Positions 1 to 8,864 of a DNA stretch of 40,234 bases are shown here, piece by piece. Below the pieces are notes generated by a model that ran no database searches, was not told the DNA's origin, and worked only from the letters and a program-made list of their open reading frames with translations. Where the stretch lies: IMG/VR virus record IMGVR_UViG_3300036856_000063, positions 1-40,234 of that record, one strand, 5' to 3'. The position numbers and the translations under genes are program-made. Within the stretch, counting starts at the first letter, position 1. Each line of letters starts with the position of its first letter. This DNA is from a virus. Its lineage: Duplodnaviria > Caudoviricetes.

Positions 1-1
1 G

Positions 2-373
2 GCGGCTCTCCCAGCGGCGGCGGCTCCCCCTCCGAACGACAAGCCCGATCCGTACCTGTTGGCGCTGGTGGACGGAGCGACCGCCTGGGCCAAGGGCCTG
101 GATGTGGCCACGCCGGCTCAGCAGCGCACCAATGCAGACGTGCGGCTTATCGGGCCCTACGTCATCATTAGCGCGACGACCGGGCTGGATCATTTCAGGA
201 GCCATCTCCAATTTCTACCAGCAGAACTGGAGTATCCCTTTACGGCGGAAGCGCGGCGCAAGTTCGACGAAAAGAAACTGGCGGATCGGCAGCAGGAAGA
301 AGATCGGCGCGCGAAAGAGCAGCAGAGCGCTGCTAAGCAGCAGCCAGCGGCCGCGGTCGCGGGCGCGCGCTAA
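2..373 (+). CDS. Hypothetical protein, 5'-truncated
   Basis: Frame is open from the window edge (AALPAAAAPPPNDKPDPYLLALVDG...) to TAA at 371-373; charged helical C-terminus; no recognisable motif. Confidence 0.55.
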   Translation, partial: AALPAAAAPPPNDKPDPYLLALVDGATAWAKGLDVATPAQQRTNADVRLIGPYVIISATTGLDHFRSHLQFLPAELEYPFTAEARRKFDEKKLADRQQEEDRRAKEQQSAAKQQPAAAVAGAR

Positions 374-424
374 TTGATTTCGCGGCACTGTTTTATGTCG
401 GGGCGCTCGGGCAACCGAGTAACT

Positions 425-658
425 TCAGCGCATGTCCGCGTGCCACTGGTGGCAGAAGCCGCAGTACCGCTCGCGGACGTCGTTCTGGTTATGCGAGCGG
501 CGGCCGCACTGCGGGCAGAGAATCGACGGTTCGGAGGATTCATTCGTGTCGATATTGAACCAGTCTGCCAGTGGGCATCCGAGCAAAAGCGTGAGCCTCT
601 CATATTCGCTGCGCGTCATTTCGAGCGTGACGCGCTCGCCCTGTTGCGTGTAGGTCAT
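425..658 (-). CDS. Small zinc-finger protein
   Basis: CPQCG...RYCGFCHQWH motif; ATGA overlap with the upstream minus-strand ORF. Confidence 0.65.
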   Translation of the reverse strand: MTYTQQGERVTLEMTRSEYERLTLLLGCPLADWFNIDTNESSEPSILCPQCGRRSHNQNDVRERYCGFCHQWHADMR

Positions 659-825
659 TCAGCTAAACAATCGACTACGGCCTCCCAGGCCCGCTTGACG
701 CTTTCGGGCAGCGTGTCAAAGTCGGGCAGATAGTAGTCGCGCACTGGTAGTCCCTCGCGCACCAGCGCCTTTGTGTGCGCTTCATAAGCCGCGCACGCCA
801 AGTTGCGCTTCTCCTCGGGCGTCAT
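655..825 (-). CDS. Hypothetical protein (56 aa)
   Basis: ATG at 825 overlaps the TGA of the 822-1034 ORF (ATGA coupling); MTPEEKRNLACAAYEAH...WEAVVDCLAE. Confidence 0.6.
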   Translation of the reverse strand: MTPEEKRNLACAAYEAHTKALVREGLPVRDYYLPDFDTLPESVKRAWEAVVDCLAE

Positions 826-1034
826 TCGTGATAGATGACACCGGCGCGCGTTTCCAGGGTCGTGAGCCGCCGCTCTATCTTGGGCATCCACTCTGCGAAC
901 GTCGTTTCGATCCGAGTGAGCCGCGCCAGGATGTCCTTCAGCAGCATTTGTTCGCGAGTGTAGTAGCCGATGATCACTAGAATCAGCGGGATACTGCCGT
1001 AGAACACTTGCAGTGCTTGGTTGGTGGGTTGCAT
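822..1034 (-). CDS. Small membrane-anchored coiled-coil protein
   Basis: Hydrophobic VFYGSIPLILVIIGYY followed by heptad-like LARLTRIE...IERRLTTLE; coupled to the RHH gene stop. Confidence 0.65.
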   Translation of the reverse strand: MQPTNQALQVFYGSIPLILVIIGYYTREQMLLKDILARLTRIETTFAEWMPKIERRLTTLETRAGVIYHE

Positions 1035-1252
1035 CAGGCGACCTTTTTGGCCGCCGCCGTCTCCAGGCCGAGCCGCAGTAAGCGGCGAATCGCTTCCGAG
1101 CGAGTATTCATCCGGTTGGCGAACCGGTAGTCCTCGAGCTTTTCAATGAGATCGGCATCGAGATAGAGGTGCTGCAGCATTTTCTTGTTCGGTTGCGGCT
1201 CCTCATCGGCGGGCGGCTCTTTACTCTTGGTGGTAGCTGTCAGAGTGGGCAT
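1034..1252 (-). CDS. Ribbon-helix-helix (CopG/Arc-like) transcriptional regulator
   Basis: Beta strand MLQHLYLD, helix ADLIEKLEDYRF, then NTRSEAIRRLLRLGL: typical RHH signature. Confidence 0.8.
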   Translation of the reverse strand: MPTLTATTKSKEPPADEEPQPNKKMLQHLYLDADLIEKLEDYRFANRMNTRSEAIRRLLRLGLETAAAKKVA

Positions 1253-1266
1253 ATCACATATATAGC

Positions 1267-3462
1267 ATGACGAGTTCCCCGGCGCCCCAGCGGGAAATCT
1301 ACCGGCACCTCATTCGGGCGGCCTATGCGGCCCGCCAACTGGCGAAGCGGCAGGCGCGCCTGGCCGAACAGGCGGCCGACCACCTGCTGCCGTTCATTGA
1401 GTACACCAAGCCGGACTACAAAGCCGGCTGGTTCCACCGCGAAGTCTGCACGGTGCTTGAACGGTTTCTGGCCGATGTGATGGCAGGCAAACGGCCGCGG
1501 CTGATGCTGTCCGCGCCGCCGCAGCATGGCAAGCTGCTGGCGCATGACACGCCGATCTACACGCCCGATGGCTGGACGAAGCACGGCGATCTCAAGCCGG
1601 GCGCGACGGTGTTCGGCCGCGCCGGGCAGCCGGTAAAGGTGTTGGCGGTCGGCAAAGCCAGCAAAGCGAATCGCGAAGTGGTGTTCAGCGACGGCAGCGT
1701 GATCGGCTGCCATGCGGCGCATGAATGGCCGCTCTATGACCGGACGTCCACGCTGCCGGGGCAAGTCCCACCGCAGCGGGTGGTCGAAACCCGGGCGATC
1801 GAAGCAGAGGGCTTATGGCGCGATCCCGAGCACGAGTATCCGCGCTGGCGGGTGGATCCAGTGGCATTCCGGCCGGCTGGAGACCGGGTGTCCATCGATT
1901 CCCTGGTCTGCCGCCGCACGATTCACGAGATCCGGTCCATCTCGCCGCGCCCGGGTCGCTGTATCCAGGTCGAAGGCGGCGTGTACCTGGCGGGCGAATC
2001 ACTCATTCCTACTCACAACAGCCAGCTCGTCAGCCGCCACTTTCCCACCTGGGCGCAAGGCAAATATCCCGAGTTGCGCTTTTTGTGTGCCAGCTATGGA
2101 GCCACCTGGGCCGATTCCCTGTCCGCGGACCGGCGCAAGATCCTGCTGTCGAGCGAATACCAGGACGTCTTTCCGCGCCAGCGTCTGACCAAGCTGCGCA
2201 GCGATTACCTGCAAAACGCCGACGACGGGTTCATGCTGGCCGCCGGCGTGGGCTGCGGCATTACCGGCCGGTCTTCCGACATCGGCATCATCGACGACCC
2301 GATCAAGGGCTATGAGGAAGCGATGAGCGATTCGACGCGGGAGGGCATCTACAACTGGTACCGCACCGACTTCTATTCGCGGCTCCAAAAGGGTGCAGGC
2401 GTGATCATCATGCTTACCCGCTGGCACCAGGACGATTTGATCGGGCGGCTGCTCGAGGATGCCAAGCACGGGAGCGATGCCTTCCATGTCATCAACTATC
2501 CGGCGATTGCCGAACAGGACGAAGAGTTCCGCAAGATCGGCGAAGCACTGGCCCCGGAACGCTATGACTTACGCGCCCTCGAAGCCATCAAGCATGTGCA
2601 GGGCACGTACGCCTGGAACGCGCTCTATCAGGGTCATCCGGCCCCGGCCGAAGGCCTCATGCTCAAGCGCGATTACTGGCGCTACTATTCGCCTGAGGAG
2701 CGGCCGCAGTTCGATCTGATCGTGCTGTCGATCGATTGCGCCTTCAAATCGACCGTCGATTCCGATCATGTGGCGATGCACGTCTGGGGCTTCATCGGGC
2801 CGCGCGGGTATCTGCTCGATCGCACCTGCGAACGCATGGGCTATACGGCGACCAAAATGGAAGCGAAACGACTCGCCGAGAAGTGGCACGCGCATGCGGC
2901 GTTGATCGAAGACACCGCCAACGGACCGGCCGTCATCGAAGAGTGGCGGCGCACCAATCACGGCGAGATCTCGATTCTGCCCATCGGACCGGCTGGCGGC
3001 AAACTGGCCCGCGCCTGGCCATTCTCGGCCGATCTCGAAGCGGGCAACGCCTTTCTGCCGGAACACGAACCATTCTCGGGCGACATCGTCGACTATGCCA
3101 GCAAGTTCCCCTCAACCTCGATGGATCATGACATCGACGCGATGACGCAGGTGTTCAACTGGCGCCGCGAGAACCTGCACGGGTTGCTCGCCTATTACGA
3201 AGCGGAGGCAAAACATCTGAAAGAAGCAAAGGCCAACGCCAACGGCAACGGCCATGCGAACGGGCACGCCGGGATCGAGCCCGCGCCCGAAATCCGAATC
3301 TGTCCGGCGTGCGGCTCATCCGCCGTGCGCGTGCTCGATGTCAATACCGGCGAGCGGAAATGCAACCAGTGCGGTTTGCAGCATGGGCGCAGCGCAACCG
3401 AACGGGTGGAATACGCGGCGCTGGACCGCAACGAAGTCGCCCTCGAAACACGCCAGTGGTGA
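1267..3462 (+). CDS. terL: Terminase large subunit with intein and C-terminal zinc ribbon
   Basis: Walker A PPQHGK[intein]S, Walker B IGIIDDPIKG, motif III TRWHQDD, nuclease SIDCAFK...IEDTANG...HDIDAMTQ; C-terminal CPACG...CNQCG. Confidence 0.95.
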   Translation: MTSSPAPQREIYRHLIRAAYAARQLAKRQARLAEQAADHLLPFIEYTKPDYKAGWFHREVCTVLERFLADVMAGKRPRLMLSAPPQHGKLLAHDTPIYTPDGWTKHGDLKPGATVFGRAGQPVKVLAVGKASKANREVVFSDGSVIGCHAAHEWPLYDRTSTLPGQVPPQRVVETRAIEAEGLWRDPEHEYPRWRVDPVAFRPAGDRVSIDSLVCRRTIHEIRSISPRPGRCIQVEGGVYLAGESLIPTHNSQLVSRHFPTWAQGKYPELRFLCASYGATWADSLSADRRKILLSSEYQDVFPRQRLTKLRSDYLQNADDGFMLAAGVGCGITGRSSDIGIIDDPIKGYEEAMSDSTREGIYNWYRTDFYSRLQKGAGVIIMLTRWHQDDLIGRLLEDAKHGSDAFHVINYPAIAEQDEEFRKIGEALAPERYDLRALEAIKHVQGTYAWNALYQGHPAPAEGLMLKRDYWRYYSPEERPQFDLIVLSIDCAFKSTVDSDHVAMHVWGFIGPRGYLLDRTCERMGYTATKMEAKRLAEKWHAHAALIEDTANGPAVIEEWRRTNHGEISILPIGPAGGKLARAWPFSADLEAGNAFLPEHEPFSGDIVDYASKFPSTSMDHDIDAMTQVFNWRRENLHGLLAYYEAEAKHLKEAKANANGNGHANGHAGIEPAPEIRICPACGSSAVRVLDVNTGERKCNQCGLQHGRSATERVEYAALDRNEVALETRQW
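1534..2019 (+). mobile_element. Mini-intein (162 aa, class 3-type) inserted in the TerL Walker A motif
   Basis: Starts LLAHDTPIYTPDGW, ends LIPTHN followed by extein Ser; block B HAAHEW, block F RCIQV, block G PTHN; removal restores GKS; no homing endonuclease motif. Confidence 0.9.
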
Positions 3463-3467
3463 CACCC

Positions 3468-3620
3468 ATGGATGTATTGCTGGTGGTTTTATTGATCCTG
3501 TTAGTGGTCGGAGTCCATCCCAGCTGGCCGTACAGCCGCGATTGGGGATACTATCCGAGCGGCGGTCTCGCCCTGGTGCTGGTCATTGTGATCGTACTGC
3601 TCGTGCTGCACCTGCTTTGA
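3468..3620 (+). CDS. DUF3309-like small membrane protein
   Basis: MDVLLVVLLILLVVGVHPSWPYSRDWGYYPSGGLALVLVIVIVLLVLHLL matches the remembered DUF3309 pattern PxWPYSRxWGYYPSGG. Confidence 0.8.
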   Translation: MDVLLVVLLILLVVGVHPSWPYSRDWGYYPSGGLALVLVIVIVLLVLHLL

Positions 3621-3735
3621 ACGCGGTGCGTCACAATCGGTCGTTTGCGGAACGTCGGTAACGGCCGCCAACGGCCACGCCTTTTCAAGAACTTAGACGG
3701 CTCGCCGCGAGCACCCTTTTTGAGACACCCACGGC

Positions 3736-3927
3736 ATGAACGAAACGCAGCGCCGGCGGCTCGACCAGCTCAAGGAAGATGTCCGCCTGCATATGCCGCG
3801 CGCCGAGTTCGAAGAACATCTGCTTTCGAGCGGCCGCCTGGTGGTGATTGCGGTCGAGAAGGACACGAATGGCCGCGAAGTGGAACGCCGGGTGTACACG
3901 ATTGGCCCGCGCGGTGCGGTGCGCTAA
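3736..3927 (+). CDS. Hypothetical protein (63 aa)
   Basis: ATG start, GC-rich codon usage, fills the gap; no motif. Confidence 0.55.
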   Translation: MNETQRRRLDQLKEDVRLHMPRAEFEEHLLSSGRLVVIAVEKDTNGREVERRVYTIGPRGAVR

Positions 3928-4015
3928 CCAGGTTGTAATAAATTGGGCAAGGGGCGCGAGGGGAGCGGGCAGCCTGGGGAGGTTGCCTTTGCTTGCTCCG
4001 CAACGCCCTTCCCTT

Positions 4016-4210
4016 TTAGTTTTGGCCGAACGGTGCGAAATGCGGGCTCAAGATGATTTCGACCGGATTGGTGGCTTGGATCGCGAAATACACGCACAGC
4101 GCCAGAATCGAGCCGAGCGCGAATACGGTCACCACACCGATGAAGATCCGCGCGAATAGGGCATTACGCCACTCAAAGAAGCGGTCGATCCACTCGAGCA
4201 GTTTTGCCAC
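4016..4210 (-). CDS. Small single-pass membrane protein
   Basis: GTG start; hydrophobic IFIGVVTVFALGSILALCVYFAI. Confidence 0.55.
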   Translation of the reverse strand: MAKLLEWIDRFFEWRNALFARIFIGVVTVFALGSILALCVYFAIQATNPVEIILSPHFAPFGQN

Positions 4211-4332
4211 TAGTCCGCTCCCTCGGGTTCAGCCGGGTATTTGTCGCGCTCATCGGGCGGCGGTTGGTCGCCGTGCAGGATGCCGTACGGATCGATCCGG
4301 TAGCACAGCAGCAGTTGCAGCAGGAATTCCAT
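4210..4332 (-). CDS. Hypothetical 40-aa protein
   Basis: MEFLLQLLLCYRIDPYGILHGDQPPPDERDKYPAEPEGAD; its TAG overlaps the GTG of the next ORF (TAGTG); below the ORF-track cutoff. Confidence 0.4.
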   Translation of the reverse strand: MEFLLQLLLCYRIDPYGILHGDQPPPDERDKYPAEPEGAD

Positions 4333-4532
4333 ATTACGGGCCTCAGTTCAGGGAAGCAAGCGAGATAAGGGCGACGCGCGGCAGGCGCCTCGGAACCGGG
4401 TGCGCTACGGGCAGCACAGGCAGCCACAGAACGACTTTTTGGTAATGGGGCCGCACGCCCGCCCGCGCTCTGCCGAGCTTCGGGAACGGCACCAGAGCGA
4501 TTTGACTGATGCTGCGGCTAACCGCTTCGCGG

Positions 4533-4703
4533 CTATGCTTTCGAATTACCATCGCTCGCCATAATCAGGCCGGCACCGCTTGAGAACTCGGCCAGCGCTT
4601 CGGAATCGATCGCATGCGCATGCAGAGCATGGATGACGCCAACGCCGATCACGATCAGACCAATGATCGTCGTTTTCCAGTTCTTGATTGCGGGGCAAGC
4701 CAT
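4533..4703 (-). CDS. Putative holin-like small membrane protein
   Basis: KNWKTTIIGLIVIGVGVI then a second hydrophobic stretch GAGLIMASD; resembles small two-TM phage proteins with an NWKTT motif (from memory). Confidence 0.45.
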   Translation of the reverse strand: MACPAIKNWKTTIIGLIVIGVGVIHALHAHAIDSEALAEFSSGAGLIMASDGNSKA

Positions 4704-4804
4704 CGATGAGGGAGTGTCGAAGTGCATTCCTTTTCGCTAAGTTGCTTCAAAAAAGATCACGCCGATTAGCGCTATTTATGGATGCAACCGTTTTCTTGTT
4801 TCTG

Positions 4805-5194
4805 ATGGCTTCCACGCTGACCGGCACGTTCGGCGGGCTGGCCGCGCAGGAGAAGCCGGGAGTGCGCGCGCGCACCCTCTGGGCCGCAGTCGGCAAATGG
4901 GTGGCCGCTGGCGAGCGGCTCGCCAGACGGGTGGACCGGCAGCTGCTAGCAGCGGAAACCGCGGTACTGGGGGCCTATCGGCGCTGGACCTATCATCGAT
5001 TTACCTGCGTCGACGAGAACGCCAAGTGCCCGGGCTGCGGACATCGGCAGGGACGCATCGAGTTCTCGCCGCTCCATCGCCTGGTCATCCATGTGTGTTT
5101 CAAATGCGGCGCACGCTGGGGGGAGCCGCCGGTGGTCGCGGCTGACCACTGGGTAGCCGATCCGCATTCGGCCATTTTCAGCGACACCGAATAA
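4805..5194 (+). CDS. Zinc-ribbon protein
   Basis: CPGCGH...HVCFKCGARW; start uncertain (4778 or 4805). Confidence 0.6.
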   Translation: MASTLTGTFGGLAAQEKPGVRARTLWAAVGKWVAAGERLARRVDRQLLAAETAVLGAYRRWTYHRFTCVDENAKCPGCGHRQGRIEFSPLHRLVIHVCFKCGARWGEPPVVAADHWVADPHSAIFSDTE

Positions 5195-5302
5195 AGCCAG
5201 AAGCCCGAACGGCCTCTTTGGAAAACCGTCCGGGCAACCCAAAACCGAGGACTCTACCAAAAGTCTCAGTTCAGAGTCAATTTTGACACGCCCCACCTAA
5301 AT

Positions 5303-7657
5303 ATGGCCGGCCAATTAGTCAAACCGCCAACGAGTCTGCTACGCCCGATCCCGGCGCGTCCTTCACAGGTCCGCGGGCTGTCTTCGAGCGAGTGGTTCGG
5401 ACCGCTCGAACCAGTCAAACCGGTAGCGCCGCTCGGCATGCAGCCGCGCCAGTTCGAGTTTCTGCCAGGACAGAACCTCGTCTTCCAGCCGCGCGCCGCC
5501 GAAGCGATCAGCTTCCAGGACCTGATCTATATGGCGGACAACTGCGATTTGGTGCGCATCGTGATTGAAGCGCTCAAGGATTCGGTGTGTCTGCTGCCCT
5601 GGCAGGTGCGGATGCGGCAAATGCCCGGAGAGACGGAGAAGCAGCGCGGCTTGCGCTCGCAATCCGATCCCCGCGTCCAGTACTGGAGCGATCTGCTGGC
5701 CTGGCCCAACCAGACGCAGTCCTGGTGCGACTGGCTGCGCATGCTGCTGGAGGATCTATTCGTTTTGGATGCACCCTCGATCCTGGTCCAGCGCAACCGC
5801 AAAGCCGACATCGGCGCCCTGCGCATAATCGACGGGCAGACCATCAACCGGATCATCGACGATAACGGCTTCACGCCGCTGCCGCCCAACCCGGCCTATC
5901 AGCAAATTCTCTATGGCTTGCCCGCGGTGGATCTCACCACCGAGGATCTGATTTACCGGCCGCGTAATCAGCGGGCGCGCACCTTGTACGGGTTTAGTCC
6001 GGTCGAACAGATTTTACTCACCTTGAACATCGCGCTGCGCCGCAGCCGCTTCCAGCTGGCAGCCTATACCGAAGGCAACGTCCCCGAAGCGCTCTACACC
6101 ATGCCGAGCAGCGTGAACGAAGAGCAGGTGAAACGCTTTCAGAGCTGGTTCGACTTGCAGCTGGCGGGCAATCTGCAGCACCGCCGCCGCATCTGGTTCA
6201 TTCCGGGCGACGACAAAGGCGTCAACCGGCTGCATTTCACCAAAGACGCGCTGATTAAGGATGAAGCCGACGAATGGTTTGCCCGGGTCATTGCCTTCGC
6301 GTTCCGCGTTTCGCCCAAAGAACTGACCCGCATGATGAACCGGGCCACCGCCGAATCGTCCGAAGATAGCGCGCAGGAAATGGGCGTGCAGTCGGTCTGC
6401 CAGTGGATTGCCGACACGCTGAACTACATCATCCAGCGCCAGGAGGGCGATGAAGAGATCGAATTCACCTTCGCGCAGCGTCGCGAACCGGATGCCCTCA
6501 AACAAGCCCAGACCGATCAGGTTTATCTCGGGGCGGGCGTGCGCACGCGCAATGAAGTGCGCGAGTATCTGGGCGACGAGCCCAGCGACGATCCGGCCGC
6601 GAACGTACTGACCTCCAGCGGCCCGCTGGTGGCGATTGATAGCGTGCTCCAGTCCCAGCAGCCGCCCGGCGGCGGGCAGCCGGGACAACCCGGCGGTGCC
6701 TTTAACCCGGATGTCATCAACGGGCAGCCGGCCGAGAGCGCAGGCGGACCAGGCGCAGAAGCAGAAGGGCAGGAAGGCGAGAACGAAGCACCCGAGCCCA
6801 AAGCCAACGAACAGCAGAAAGCCGCCGGCATGGACGATCTCTCCACGCTGTCGGACGAGGAACTGAAGACCATCATTCTGCTCGCCGAGAAAAACGGCGC
6901 GGTCGCGAAGGCGAGCGGTTCCGACGACGACGACAAAGACGAGGACGACGACGAAAAACTGACCGAGGACGATTACAACCTGTTGTTCGAACACATGACC
7001 GGGGCCGAACTTCGGGAACTGTTCGACGCGACAGAAGCCGGAGACGACGACGAGAAAAACGCGGCCGCGAGCGCGGAGGAGCTCGCCAAATTCGAGGAAG
7101 ACGAGCATCCGCGTGCGCCCGCCGGCTCCCATACCGGCGGCAAATTTGTCGAGAAGCCGGGCAAGAAATCACGTCATTTACCCGGCGTGGTCGATCGCCA
7201 CACCCTGAGCGGCGGACAGGGCCAGGGCATGAAGTGGATCCGCCCGCCAAAACGGCTCGGCATTTACATCCGGGATAAATTCCGCTGCGCATACTGCCAG
7301 ACGGACAAAGACACCATCACACTCGATCACCTGATCCCGCATTCCAAAGGCGGCCCGCACAGCGCCGACAATCTCGTAACCTGCTGCAAGAAATGCAACG
7401 ATAGGCGCCGGGACATGCCTATAGAGCAGTTCATCGACCGCTATTTCCCCGGAAAGAAGAAGGCCATCCTGGCCCGCATCGAAAAATCCACCGGCGCGGC
7501 CGTCGAATTGGATCGGGGAAAGGCCGCGCTCGCCAATCGGAAATGGCACGCCGCCATCCAGTACGCCAAAAAGAAGTGGGGCTCGCTCGCGGCGGCCGCC
7601 AAGACGTTGTTGCGCGAGTTCTACTACCAGGAACCGAACGCTGACGAAAGCCAGTGA
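5303..7657 (+). CDS. Portal protein with acidic linker and C-terminal HNH nuclease domain
   Basis: Portal-like core (LLEDLFVLDA, IDGQTI, YGFSPVE, IAFAFRVSP, GVRTRNEVRE) in about the first 440 aa; position between terL and MuF; HNH CAYC...TLDHLIPHSKGG...NLVTCCKKCN at 7286-7399. Confidence 0.9.
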   Translation: MAGQLVKPPTSLLRPIPARPSQVRGLSSSEWFGPLEPVKPVAPLGMQPRQFEFLPGQNLVFQPRAAEAISFQDLIYMADNCDLVRIVIEALKDSVCLLPWQVRMRQMPGETEKQRGLRSQSDPRVQYWSDLLAWPNQTQSWCDWLRMLLEDLFVLDAPSILVQRNRKADIGALRIIDGQTINRIIDDNGFTPLPPNPAYQQILYGLPAVDLTTEDLIYRPRNQRARTLYGFSPVEQILLTLNIALRRSRFQLAAYTEGNVPEALYTMPSSVNEEQVKRFQSWFDLQLAGNLQHRRRIWFIPGDDKGVNRLHFTKDALIKDEADEWFARVIAFAFRVSPKELTRMMNRATAESSEDSAQEMGVQSVCQWIADTLNYIIQRQEGDEEIEFTFAQRREPDALKQAQTDQVYLGAGVRTRNEVREYLGDEPSDDPAANVLTSSGPLVAIDSVLQSQQPPGGGQPGQPGGAFNPDVINGQPAESAGGPGAEAEGQEGENEAPEPKANEQQKAAGMDDLSTLSDEELKTIILLAEKNGAVAKASGSDDDDKDEDDDEKLTEDDYNLLFEHMTGAELRELFDATEAGDDDEKNAAASAEELAKFEEDEHPRAPAGSHTGGKFVEKPGKKSRHLPGVVDRHTLSGGQGQGMKWIRPPKRLGIYIRDKFRCAYCQTDKDTITLDHLIPHSKGGPHSADNLVTCCKKCNDRRRDMPIEQFIDRYFPGKKKAILARIEKSTGAAVELDRGKAALANRKWHAAIQYAKKKWGSLAAAAKTLLREFYYQEPNADESQ

Positions 7658-8864
7658 GTCTGGATGAAAGATGGCAACGCGCGCTGGCCGAACTCGCCAG
7701 GCGCGAATTGCGCAAACGAGCAACCGATGAGCGAGATCTCGACGAAGACGATCCCGATCCGGCACCGCGTGTCTTCGCCACCTATCTTCAGTCCTCCGAC
7801 TGGACCATCGTGGACCCGGCGAAAGCGGATCTCGTCAAGATCGTCGACGAGCGCGATGGCCGCTGCTGGTTCGGGCATATTGGCAACGGCGATAGCGATG
7901 CAGCAAAGAGTGCGGCTGCCGATTTTGCCAAGGACTACGAGGAAGACGAGCACCCGCGCGACGAACACGGCCGCTGGGCTCCGGCGCCAGGCGGCAAGAA
8001 GACAAAGCCTCCAAAAGAACGGTCGCGGGGCAGGATCTCCGAGGAAGCGCCACCGGAAGCGCCACCGGAAGCACCACTCAGCGAGAACGAACGCGGTCTT
8101 TCTTACCACGCGCGTTGGCACGCTAAGATCGCCAGGTCGTTTGCACAGAAACTCGGTTTCCCGCTCGACAAAATCGAGACGTCCGAGGAGAGACTGCCCT
8201 TTAGCGTTGGCACGATGGAGGGCCACGCCGCAGGTGTGGCGGACCTCGAGACGGGGCAGGTCACTATTTTTGCGAATCCCAACAACCGCATCGGGAAAAC
8301 CCAGATCCATGGCATCGTTGCGCACGAGGTCGCTCACGTGCGGTATGAGTCCGTGCTGAATGCCCTCAAAAAAGAGAAACAGATGGTGCGGGCTGCCCGT
8401 CGCGCCGGCCTGGAAGTATCCGATCGCGCCAACTATCATCTCGGGACCAACGCGCATGTCATCAAGGATGACTTTGCTAAGGATTTCCCGTTGTTGTCCC
8501 GGTTCCAGAAGTTCGATGACGAGCAGTTGATGAGAGATGACGGTGTCAGTGAATACAGCGCCGAATACTGGTCGGTTGTGTCCAAAGTAGAGGATGAGGA
8601 CTTTACAGCAGGGTATTTCTACGAAGGCGCAGAAATGGCCAAGCATGAAACCATCGCCGAAATGGCCCGGCTGCGAGACGTTGGCGAGGATAAGCAACGA
8701 GGCGACCGGCCGCCCTCGAAGCTTTGGCAGGATTATTACGATGAAGTCGATAAAAGTTTTGCCGAACTGAACCGCCACGGCGACACCCTCTATCACGAGA
8801 AGCTCGCAGCAGCGGCGGCAGTGGCACTGGCGAAGGGGGACTACGAGGAAGACGAGCATCCGCG
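7093..8864 (+). repeat. Dispersed 21-bp repeat CGAGGAAGACGAGCAYCCGCG, three copies (7093-7113, 7938-7958, 8844-8864), encoding EEDEHPR
   Basis: Read directly; copies differ only at one synonymous His position. Confidence 0.9.

Noticed and set aside
1534-2019. Homing endonuclease inside the intein
   Set aside because: Only 162 aa, with no LAGLIDADG or HNH motif.
8044-8076. 12-bp microrepeat encoding EAPPEAPPEAP
   Set aside because: Ordinary low-complexity linker between tag and peptidase domain.
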